Assembly: GCA_964106915.2 (NCBI GenBank)
Contig: OZ066920.1
Reading direction: 5' to 3' (one strand)
DNA length: 64,000 nucleotides
From: Podarcis gaigeae
Lineage: Eukaryota
The stretch's first letter is position 1. Every line of letters starts with the position of its first letter. Positions 26,548 to 37,215 of this stretch are shown one piece after another. The notes under the pieces were generated by a model. The model was not told the origin of the DNA. It saw only the letters and a list, made by a program, of their open reading frames with translations, and did not search any database. A program made the position numbers and the translations under genes.

Positions 26548-26909
26548 AAGTAAAGGTAAAGGTACCCCTGCCCGTACGGGCCAGTCTTGACAGACTCTGG
26601 GGTTGTGCGCCCATCTCACTCAAGAGGCCAGGGGCCAGCGCTGTCCGGAGACACTTCCGGGTCACGTGGCCAGCGTGACATCGCTGCTCTGGCGAGCCAG
26701 AGCCGCACACGGAAACGCCGTTTACCTTCCCGCTGGTAAGCGGTCCCTATTTATCTACTTGCACCCGGAGGTGCTTTCGAACTGCTAGGTTGGCAGGCGC
26801 TGGGACCGAGCAGCGGGAGCGCACCCCGCCGCAGGGATTCGAACCGCCGACCTTTCGATCGGCAAGTCCTAGGCGCTGAGGCTTTAACCCACAGCGCCAC
26901 CTGTGTCCC
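26548..26909 (-). mobile_element. Sauria SINE, full length, young CpG-rich subfamily
   Basis: Perfect 14-bp TSD ttgtgtgagaccta at 26534-26547 and 26910-26923; A and B boxes intact. Confidence 0.95.
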
Positions 26910-26932
26910 TTGTGTGAGACCTACCTGTAGTA

Positions 26933-27323
26933 AAAAAAAAAAAAGTAAAGGTAAAGGACCCCTGGGTGGTTAAGTCCAGTCAAAGGCAACTATGGAGTTG
27001 TGGCGCTCATCTCGCTTTCAGGCTGAGGGAGCCACCATTTGTCCACAGACAGCTTTTTAGGTCATGTGGCCAGCAGGACTAAACTGCTTCTGGTGCAACG
27101 GGACACCGTGACGGAAACCAGAGCGCATGGAAACGCCGTTTACCTTTCTGTCACAGCAGTACCTATTTATCTACTTGTACTGGTGTGCTTTTGAACTGCT
27201 AGGTTGGCAGAAGCTGGGACAGAGCAACGGGAGCTCACTCCATCGTGGGGATTTGAACTGCTGACCTTCTGATCCGCAAGCCCTAGGCTCTGTGGTTTAG
27301 ACCACAGCGCCACCCACGTCCCC
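26933..27323 (-). mobile_element. Sauria SINE, full length, third subfamily
   Basis: TSD ctacct(g/a)tagta at 26921-26932 and 27326-27337; tRNA head and tail present. Confidence 0.93.
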
Positions 27324-28299
27324 TTCTACCTATAGTATGAAGTGATGACCCAGCAAAACCACAGTAAGAACTAGGCCTAAGCTGAACCTTTCTCCCCAGC
27401 CTGCATTCCACAAAACCTCTCTGGAGAAGCACTATAACCATGTGATGCTGCCTGAAAAGGGATTTCGCTGCTTGAATTCAACCATGCAGCCTGATTCTAT
27501 GGACCATGTGTAGCCCCCCTGCGCCCTGCTCTCTGGGCAAATCAAGTCTCACACTGAAAAGAGATGCAAAGGGACTGCATAGAAAGGGAGGGGCATGAAG
27601 GCAGGGCTGATCCTGGTGGCCTATTGGAAAATGATTGGGGTGCTGTAGCTCACTTGATAATGGAAAGCACTTTTATATTCCATTTTTATTTTTTAAACTC
27701 TGATGGTTTGCCATAGTGAAACTCCTGAAGCAGCTATCCTAGGCGTAGCTTATTTCAAAATAAAGGACTCGAGCAGTTTTTTGCTAGCCTGGTGCATCTT
27801 AAGGGGAATTCAGAGACTGTATTTTACCATAACAAACTTCAGACATGGACAAAAGGCACAGAAGGGTGGGGACCATCTCCAGCAGACCATCTACAACCAG
27901 GTAAGATTTATTGCAAAGAGCACTGTCCTCTCAGGTCTTCCTGCACCTTAAGCAAGAAAACACACTAAGGAACACTTTAGCACAGATTAGGGAGGCCTTA
28001 ATTGCTTTTGCTTTCTAAAATTGAAGCACCTAGGTAGACAAGGAGGTTTCCATTTTAAAATTAAATAAAGTAAACCTGGCAAGACTGAAATCACACCACC
28101 CCTAGAGTAGACCATAAACCTGCTACACTGAAGGCACACCCCTAGGCATATTTACTAGGATGCACGTCTCCTTGGATTCAGTGGGGCTCCCCCTCCCGCG
28201 CCCCAAAGAAGTCTGCATAGGATTGCAGCTTTAAACAGGTATTGTCTTTCTTTTCTTTTTCTAAAAAAAAAACAGGGATCGAAGTGTCTGCGTGAAAAC

Positions 28300-28900
28300 T
28301 ATTTAAGCCCGTGCTTAAGTTTTCGCTCGTGTCATCCTTGGTGGAGCACGTTCGCGGATGTCAAGTCAGTTACTAATGAGCTAAACAATTGCGCCTAGCA
28401 ATTAGCCTCCCGGTAATTAAATCGCATTTATGGGATTAACGCCCCGCGGTTCGAAACAAAGCTGAGACATGATAGGGAAATGCGTGCGTCCCGAAGCCTC
28501 GGCTGGATCCGAATCGCCTCTTGTTTGCTTTGAAATCAGACAAAGGATGCGGACAAGAATGTCAATTTCCCGAGACGCCTCTCCTTTAAATGCCGCGCCG
28601 TTTCCAGCGAGGCCAAGCGCCGCTTTCGCCTCCTTCTCCTGCGACCAGATACCAGAGGCGATGGGGGGCAATAAACCGGGAGATCTCTGTTTTGCAGGCT
28701 ACTTATTACTTCTTCCGGCTGATAAAAACTTTTACTTTCCACTAATTTCACGGCGGGGACCGCGAGGGAGGCTGCGGGGGGAGGGGGCAAGAAATGTCAA
28801 CACAGAACTTCCCGGGAAGACGCGAAAGTTGATTCAAACGGAAAACGAGGAAGTTGGGATTGTGAGAAAGAAAACGGTTCCACTGTAGGAGGAAGAGCGA
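28300..28900. promoter_or_regulatory. Orphan CpG island with a homeodomain/SOX/FOX/TCF motif cluster
   Basis: CpG density rises abruptly here. Motifs: AACAAT 28384, TAATTA 28414, GGATTA 28433, TGTTTGC 28522, CTTTGAA 28528. Confidence 0.45.
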
Positions 28901-30041
28901 TAAGGAAAGGAGAATTAACAGCGGCTGTTTCTCCGGGGAGACAGAGCCTCTTTCCGATGGACTTCTTGCCCAGTATCTCCAACGATCTCCGCTAGGATGG
29001 AAGCAATCATTTAAAGCAAACGACTCTTCTGGCTGAGAAATGAAGGGTACGGTCCAGCCATGGCTGAGCATTTTCAATTGCCGAGGCGCTCAGTGGAAGA
29101 GAGAAGCAAGCGTCTCCGTGCCTCCCAACGAAATCGGCTGAGACGTGCAGCCCGATCCTATGCGTGTCTCTTCAAGCAAATCTCGCCGGATTCCACGCAG
29201 GTCGCTCCCAAGTTAGGGTGACAGGACGTGGAGAGTGTTGACTTGCGCCCCAAAAGGCATTGCGATTAAAACACCATAGAACTCTAATAACAAAATGGTG
29301 CGGAAATCTAGACGTCATTAAACCGTTCTCAATTCAGCCGAGATGTTAGGTTTCGTTGTGAACTTTGAGCGCTGTGGAGGATCTGTCTGAATCCCTCCCA
29401 GGCCCGTGTCAAAGGAGAGCCCAAGCTTCCATAAGAGATGCATGGATCGGGAAACAGCAGGCCGGGAGGAGGGCTTTGGCACTTCCTCGCCCTTTCCCAG
29501 CGCAGGTCACGAAGACAGATGGAGCCAAAGCGTGGTTACTGGGTTGCACGAGCGCGAGCGCTGCAGAATGCGGATTCATTGACCCCTGCACACCTGGGCC
29601 TTGACCCGCGCGGCCTTGGCTCGTCATTGAGTTGCGGGGCTGGTTTTCAAAAAGGGAATTTGGAGGATAGGTTTATGGTCAGTTACAAGTCACAGTGGTG
29701 AGTAAAGGGATCCTGCCACAGGCAGAGGCAGAGCCAGACTGAGGCAAATGGCAGGCTTGCCCGCTCATGGGGGGCATCTGATGAGCCCCCGCTGGAAGAG
29801 CCAGCAAAGCCACCCCTCTTCTGCTCCCAGGGTTAAAGGAGGAATAAAGGACAACCTTCCTTCCCCCGCGGGGCCTTCCAACACCTTCGTCTGAGTGCAT
29901 TCTAATCTGCGTGGAAGACTGATTCACACAACTCAGGGTGGGCATAAAACCGATTAATTACATCGCAGGAAGAGAGAAATCACCTCCTAAATGCCTCTTC
30001 CTGGGGCGACATTATGCGTGTAGAGCAGTCTTCCTTTAAAA

Positions 30042-30229
30042 CAGGGGTGTCAAAAGAGGGCAGACGTTCTCTGGCTTGTAGGCTGCCGCGCATGCGCTGA
30101 AGAGGCGGCTTTCTTGTGTCAAAAAAAAAAGCGAGAATAAAAGGTGAAGGCCGGTGGCGGCTACACGGGCCACATGATGAGGTCTGGCGGGCCGGATTCA
30201 GCCCACGGGCCTTGTGTTTGACACCCGTG
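30042..30229. mobile_element. hAT (Charlie-like) MITE
   Basis: TIR CAGGGGTGTCAAA/TTTGACACCCGTG; perfect 8-bp TSD ctttaaaa at 30034-30041 and 30230-30237. Confidence 0.9.
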
Positions 30230-31469
30230 CTTTAAAACTATATTAAGGCAATACCTTAATGGCTATGTCAGCTGTTGTCAGCCCTCTTTGTTGGGCTCTC
30301 CAAGGCTTAGCAGCTGGAGACGTGTGTGGAATAAAGGGCAGGTCTGTAACAGTTTGCCAGTCCTGATAGAACCTCCCTGTACCCCTGAGCAGGGGACCCT
30401 GAGGACACCGAAAGGGTGGGCTTTTACCTCCATGCAACCCTTGTAGGCTTCCTAGAGACATCTGTCCTCCTTTGAGAACAGAATCGCTGCTTGGGTGGCC
30501 CTTGGCTCTGACTCACGTGCTTCCGTTCATCTGTAAACTGCCAGAGATCCACTGACAGTCAACTGATGTCCTTCAGCCATGTGGTCCCCACTGCCAACAC
30601 AGAGCTTAAGGTCCACAGAATTATGAAAAGCCTCATCCTGCAAAGCAACTACAGATGAGGCAGTCAACCTCTACTTCGAACCTTACATGATGGAATGTCT
30701 CCTTCCCTGGCAGATGCATAACTAGTATATCTGCTCAGAAGTCTCCCTGACATGCTTATTTTCTACCTACAGGGAGTCGCTTTCCAACACAAGTGCCTCA
30801 CCTGCAGTCTGAAGTGGTATAGCCCTGGCGGGGGTTGCCAACACCCTCCCACCCCCAATCTCCTAGTTGTGAGAACAGGGAGATAAAATCCAACCTGTAG
30901 AAGTAAATCTAAAAGATTAGCACTGTCACTCAATCTAATTTGACAAGCAAATTGAATTAAAGTGGACTGTGATTCACTGTCGCCAGTTAACAGGCTTGGG
31001 ATGGCAAGAGAATTGTTGCTCTCTGGGGGGCAGTGAAGAAAAGGAGAAAGACACCATAGAAGAACTTCTTCATCTAGGCGATTCCCCACCCCCTTTTCCC
31101 TGTGTAGTATTACTATTTCCAGAATATTCATACCCTACAAGATACGGTACTTAAAATTCCTTATTCATTTAAACATGAAAGGGATCTTCTTATTCCAGAT
31201 GCCAGAATATCTCCCATTTGTTGTAATTTCATCAGGAGATCCTAAAACAGTTGTATACCATCCTTCATTGTTTGGGGGATATCAAAGTGGTATACAATCA
31301 ATAATCATAATAAAAATCAATAATAAAACAATTAACTACAGCCTCCTTGATAGCTGTAAATCAATAATGAAACAATAACCACAGCCAATCAAAACCAGCC
31401 TAGAACAAAAGAAGGTGTCTGCATCAAGGAAAACTGGTGCTGGAGGGATTAAGTGGACATTACAGTATT

Positions 31470-31640
31470 AGACTAATACCCCCACTTTCTTCTATGGAGC
31501 TTAAGGTGGCATACATGATTATCTCTTCACCAGTTTATCCTCACCACAACCCTGTGAAGAAGGTTAAGCTGAGAGTCAGTGACTGGTCTATGTAACCCAG
31601 TAGACTTTTTTATGGCTGGATGAGGACTTGGACCCCATCT
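31470..31640 (-). mobile_element. Same SINE family, more degenerate
   Basis: atcctcaccacaaccctgtgaagaaggttaagctgagagtcagtgactgg. Confidence 0.6.
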
Positions 31641-31919
31641 TGCGATTACATGGCAGCTCTTGAAGGGGTGGTCCTAAACTGGGGTGCCACGCCTGAAAAA
31701 GCACCCTCTTTTGTTGTGGGGCACGGTTTCTTTTCCGATAAAGGACGTACCTAAAGCAAAGCTGCAACAGAAGATCTCAAAAGCATGTCAGACAAACCAG
31801 AAGAAACATGCAGCTCCAACCTATACAAGGCCCTTTTTGTTCAATGCAGCTTATCTCAAAGTGTGGGTAGGATTGCAGCTGTAGGAAAAGGAGCTGTTTG
31901 ATTACTCCTTTCCATCAAT

Positions 31920-32060
31920 GGCACTCACTGAGCATTGGGCTACCTTGGAGACAGCATGGGTCGTGGGTTCAAGCCCCATGCTGGACAAAACAGCCCTGCA
32001 TTACAGGGAGCTGGACTAGATGACATTCACAGTCCTTTCCAACTCTACAATTCTGTGAAA
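31920..32060 (+). mobile_element. Degenerate SINE with a tRNA head and CR1 tail
   Basis: B-box-like gggttcaagccc followed by ggactagatgac...ttccaactctacaattctgtga. Confidence 0.65.
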
Positions 32061-32264
32061 GGCTCCTTCCACCCTGTTACTGATTAGAGAAAATGATTTC
32101 AGAACATCTTCTAGCTATTTCCCAACCTTATATTACAGATTAGAGTGAAAAAACAATAGTAATGAGCAGTTAACTTCTCCTGGGTGAACATGGTTTTCAG
32201 CTATAAGATTTTAATTGTGGTTGATCCTCTTTTTGAACAGAAAGTGGAAAAGAACCATTTGTTT

Positions 32265-32480
32265 TATTAATCATTACATTTATATCCCATCCTTTTCTCT
32301 ATGGAGCTCAAGATGGCATACATGATTCTCACCATCCTCTTTGAACACCCACAACAACCACCATGAGAGGTAGATTAGGCTGGGAGGCAGGGACTGGCCC
32401 AAGGTCTCCCCATGAGCTTCATGGTCGAGTAAGGATTTGAACTCTGGTCTCACAGGTCTCCAACATTCTAACAACTACAT
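32265..32480 (-). mobile_element. Same SINE family as 50751-50972
   Basis: Reverse-complement similarity over ~210 bp. Confidence 0.7.
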
Positions 32481-33067
32481 TACAAACATCTGCAATGCAA
32501 ATGGACATTCTGGGGATTATTTCCCCCATTTTCATTATAAACCATATTATGTGATGGCAGTGCACATGTTTGCTCAATAAGATATATAGACCACAAAATA
32601 TGTTGGTATTAAGCTTTGTGTGAGAATACACATTTGTTTCCAGCATGGAACATTTGGGCCACCATCCAACTCTGTAATATTATACACAGTAAGTCCAATT
32701 GGGAATGAAGTCGAAGCAGACTTAGGGTTCCATTGTTAGTTGCTCTCTTTTCTCCCACGTGCTTAATGGAAGATGTACACTCATGAGAAACTTCAACACA
32801 CAGGTGCAAAAATAATGTTGGAGGGCATGTCAGGTGTTAATTCACCCTAAGGTGGAGGAGCTGTCTCTGTGGTCCATCAGAGGTGCTTGGACTGCAGCTC
32901 CCAAGATCCTGAACCCTGGCCACTGGAGCTAAGGGATCCTGGAGTCTGACAATCTCTGGAGGACCATGTTAGCTATTCCTCACTAAGGGCAGGGCCGGCC
33001 CACCCATGAGGCAGGGTGAGGCAACCACCTCAGGCAGCAGGATCCACAGGGACAATAGTTCCCACTG

Positions 33068-33208
33068 AATATCATAGAATTGTAAAGTTGGAAGGGACTC
33101 TGAGGATCTTCTAGTCTAACACCCTGCAATGCAGTTGTCCTATAAGGGGACTGAACCTGCAACCTTGGCATTATTGCCACCGTGCTCTAACCAACTGAGG
33201 AGCTATCT
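33068..33208 (-). mobile_element. SINE with a tRNA(Ile)-like head and CR1 tail
   Basis: Minus strand reads tagctc..cagttggttagagcacggtggcaataatgccaaggttgcaggttcagtcccc, then a CR1 3' end. Confidence 0.75.
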
Positions 33209-34394
33209 TCATTCTCCCTTTGTTTGATGTGATCTTCATTCCATCTTTCTTCTCTGGAGGGGAGGCACCATTTGGTGGTTCACCACAGCTGCCAAAATGT
33301 CTTGAGTAGGCCCTGCCTAAGGGATTGGCCTGGAGGCTTTTGGGAGCAAATGCCCTGGAGATATTGGCAGCCTGTAAGTGAGCTAACATTTTTAGAAACA
33401 TCACTCAAGCCCCCAGCCCAACCCTTGCTGGTCGCTCTCCCAAGGGAGACTATAAAGGAGGCAGCTCCGCTTTTTAAGAAATTGAGATCCTGTGCACACT
33501 TATTAGGGGTGGGGGTGGGGGTGCGTTTCTTTTGCAAACCATGAAAGTTAACTGGTTATTTGCAAGTAACTTCCTTATGACTGCTGATCTCAACTACCTG
33601 TTTCTCGATAGACTTCCAGAACTTGGCTTATGGTCACAATGAGCAAGAGGTTAAAAGTCTGTCCAAGGGAGTTAAATTAGCTTCGTTTGACCTGGATCAT
33701 CCCATGCTTAGTTTTAAATAGACTTTTCAGAGCTACCATTTAACATTTAACTTACTCTTGGGGACGGCGCTTCTCAAACCTCATGAGCAAAATGTCAACG
33801 TTATGTTTCCTTTCTCGCGAGAGCTCCGCTAGGTTGCTACACCTCTAACTGGGTCCTCCCTCTGCGGCTTCAATTGGATTTGCATTTGTTAAAAGAAATG
33901 GTTAGCATTCAATTTCATGCTTGATTTCTACTGTAAATACTGAGCCCCATCTTCGCTCCCCCTCCGTGCTCACTGGGCCTGAACAAGCCGAAAAATGCTT
34001 TTCGGAAAATCACGTTTCGGAGTCTGCAAACGCTGCTATCAGCAGACTCCACCTGAAAAATAGTTTTGCAAGACGGAGCACATCCCCAAAGACATAGTCC
34101 TCCTCTCGAGCGGAGCTGCGCGCGGCACTTCTGCGCAAAGCACTTGGCCGGCGGGGGGGGGGTGTCGGGATCACTCTTTTTAACCCTTCGATCGTCTACG
34201 GCTGGGATTGAGTCCGGTCCAACCAGTGGCTGCAAATAAACCTGGATCTCTCCCTCTTGCCAGCGCTTGTCTACGAAAAACTGAGATTTTAAGGTTGAGT
34301 TTGCTTGGAAGGAAGGGCCGGGGACACCACGAGAACCTTACCTCCAAGGAAGCTTAGGAGCGCCCACTTGAAGCTGGTGAGACTTCATTGGCAG

Positions 34395-34572
34395 CAGGGG
34401 TGCCAACTTGAATAAATAAATTAGCGGGGGCAGGTAAGCTCCATCCCGCATAATTGATCACATAATTATGCACACGCACACTATTTGAATGGCAATGCCA
34501 ATCAACTGGGGGGAGCGGGCCCCTCAAATATTTTATTGGGGGGGCTGGGTCTTCATAGGAATTGGCTCCTAT
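34395..34572. mobile_element. Old hAT-like MITE (related copies at ~5640-5748 and ~60803-60997)
   Basis: The copies share gccaacttga...gatcaca...atttgaatggca.tgcc.atcaact.ggggga...ctcaaatattt...gaattggctcctat. Confidence 0.65.
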
Positions 34573-35829
34573 TCTGCGCAGTAAACAGCACTGCCCGCTC
34601 GTCGAACCTTTCCACCTGGCACAGGCGAGGCCTTCGCCACGGTCAGCACCAGCCTTTGCCCGGGGGCACTTCCGTCAGCTCTAGCTGAGCGAGCCAGCTA
34701 ACAATGCACGACGGCAGGATCCCCGCTGCAAACATTCTGGAAAGGAAGGAGAGGACCTGCAGCGGGCAAGCGTCGAAACTGACGAGACTGTGCCTGCGCT
34801 TTAGGAGGGGGGCCCGCCTTTTGAGAAGAGTAATAGGACGTGGATAGGATGGCAATTTCTGTGCATGCCATTAGTAGTTTTGGAGGAGAGGGCGTTTGGG
34901 CAGGGACGACCTATCTGCTCCTCAGCAAGTTGCGGTTGCGTTTGGTGTTATTTATGCCCTTTCTAGACAGACCGTCGATCCTCAGATTCCTCTGGGAGGG
35001 GCTCCAGAAGTCGATAAACCACACAGATCGAATCGACGAAACAGTGTGGAAATGTGAATGTTCAAAGCGAAAAGACCCTTGCCCTCAAGTCCAGACGAAC
35101 CTTTTCCTACTGAGAACGAAGTGCATTTCGAAGCCTGAGCGCCGCAATTCATCCCTTGAATGGAAGGGGCTTCCGAGCTGCCCCTTTCCACCCACCAGCG
35201 AGAGCTCATGCAGTAACAGGCCACGGAGTACCCCGCCCTTCAGAAAGGACTCTGCAGCAAGTTCACTCTGAAGGGGTTGGAGAGCTAGCGGGGACCAGTG
35301 ATGCAGCTGGAGCTACGCTGGGCAAGTCCAGGCCGCCCTCAGTCAAATGACCTCCCAGAGATGCTGGGGGCAGCCGCCAACACGCCCCGGGGCAGCCCTT
35401 GAGCTGGCCATGCCGGGGCTGACATGATTCCTGCAGCACCTTTTCTTCTTCCTCTTTAAAAACGCTTCCGTTTTCAGTGGGCAGCAGACAGGGCACGTCC
35501 ACATAGTTAGAGATGTCCGTCTTATTATGTTTGCTTTAAATATACATTTCCTCCTGCTTTTCTCCAGCAAAATGGTGATTCTTCCCAATAACAAAAACCA
35601 CCAGTATGGTCCTTCAGCCCTTGTGACACCGCCTTCTGTGGGTCTTGCTTCAATAGAACCGAACAACTCCTTTTTCAGTCCGTTGAAGACTGGCGGAGAA
35701 GGAAATGAGCACCCTAGAGCGAAGAAGCAGCTCGGCCTGAGAACGCAGATGTTAAGTCCCACCGACTTCCATGCAGGGTCTTCGCCTCCCATAACGCCCA
35801 CCGTCAAGACTGGATTCTAAACCATTGTT

Positions 35830-35940
35830 CATTTATTAAATTTGTATACCGCTCTTCATCTGGAGATCTTAGGGCTGTTCGCAGCACAAAAGTACAATAT
35901 AAAAACACAAAATACATAATAAAAACAAAACCATCACCCC
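35830..35940 (-). mobile_element. L2 LINE 3' end fragment
   Basis: Similar to 25985-26110. Confidence 0.65.
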
Positions 35941-37014
35941 CCACCCCCACGGATGCTTTGGTTAGTTGTCATCGGTCTGTCTCGGGAGACAATGGAAGAA
36001 AAGTGCGCCTTCCGGGGTGAAGTCCAACTGTTGGAGAGTTAGGGCGCTTTAATGGGTCGATTAATCAGCTAAATGTCCTGATTAATCGGAGGAAGCCAAC
36101 CGGCCAGGACTAATTTTAATCCATGGTTCTCGGAATGAAGCGCATACCTCTGATGATCCCTGGATTCTGTTGTGTTACTTGTGAAAGGGAGTGAAAAAGA
36201 AGACACTAAAATGATTTTTAAGCTTTTCCCTGATAAACAACAAGCTCACCCACACGTGGCTTAATATGCCTGAGGCACCTATATTTTATTTTAAATGTTT
36301 GCGTACCTTTTCTTTTTAAACCTTTTAAAGCTGTATTGATTATTGGGATTTGAGCAATATGCTGATATAAAAAAGAAAGAAACAAGCAAGCAATTATTAT
36401 ATTGCTTTAATAAACCGTAAAGTATTTAGTTGTTAAGAGCCCTGGAACACTTTGACGCCTTCACAATCCAGATAACCTCCCCATACAAAAAGTTCCACAT
36501 AAGTGAGTACCCAAAATGCTTCAACTATTTTTTATCATCATCATCATCCTCATCACCCTGCTACAGTGGGTTTGGTTCATCCTGACTATTACAGCTCCCT
36601 CCCTGGGTTAGCAAGACCCGTTGGGATTCAATATACGTAACAGGGCTGCAGAATTGTCCGCTTCTCTGGCATCAGCACGCGCGTGCAAAACACGCGGAGG
36701 ACCCCTCATTTTTGCTTTTTTTCTGGCTGCAAACGCTCCTTTTGCAAACCTGCGGGCCCGCTCCCCAGCCTTTGGAAGTAAGGTGGAGACCCCATGAACG
36801 TAACACCTGCCAGTCAGGTGACAGAGCACCCGCAGCAGCTCTAAATGCCCACCTGCTGGATCTCTCTCACACACTCGCACATCCATGCACCCCTCTTTGT
36901 CCTTAGGAATTCGTCGCGAGACGTTTTAAGAGGCAGCGGCCTCTCGGATGAGGGGAGGTGTCGCTTGCTGCAAGTGGCTCGGTTGGGGGGGGGGGGACGA
37001 GGCCAGCTCCTTGG

Positions 37015-37215
37015 CGATGTTTACCCAGAGAGGGTGGAATCTAAAGGACGCTCTCGACAATCAATGGAGCCTTGTCTCAGGTTACCGAGCTGAGCTCCCC
37101 TAAATGAGTCCAGCAGGCTGATAACCGCAGGTTAAAGGCACCTGAGATAAACGGCTTCCAGTGGCTTGATGTTAGAGAAGATAAGCAGGGGCGGGGGGAT
37201 GTGCTTTTTATCTGC
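37015..37215. promoter_or_regulatory. Candidate endoderm enhancer (GATA x4, FOXA, SOX/ONECUT)
   Basis: WGATAA at 37119, 37145, 37179 and 37208 (minus); TGTTTAC at 37018-37024; ACAATCAAT at 37057-37065. Confidence 0.5.

Noticed and set aside
32343-32351. Second GAACACCCA Gli-like 9-mer
   Set aside because: It lies inside a degenerate SINE and lacks the matching flanks; probably chance.
33140-33208. tRNA-Ile-like sequence
   Set aside because: It is degenerate and fused to a CR1 tail, so it is a SINE head rather than a tRNA gene. The same applies to the Sauria SINE heads.
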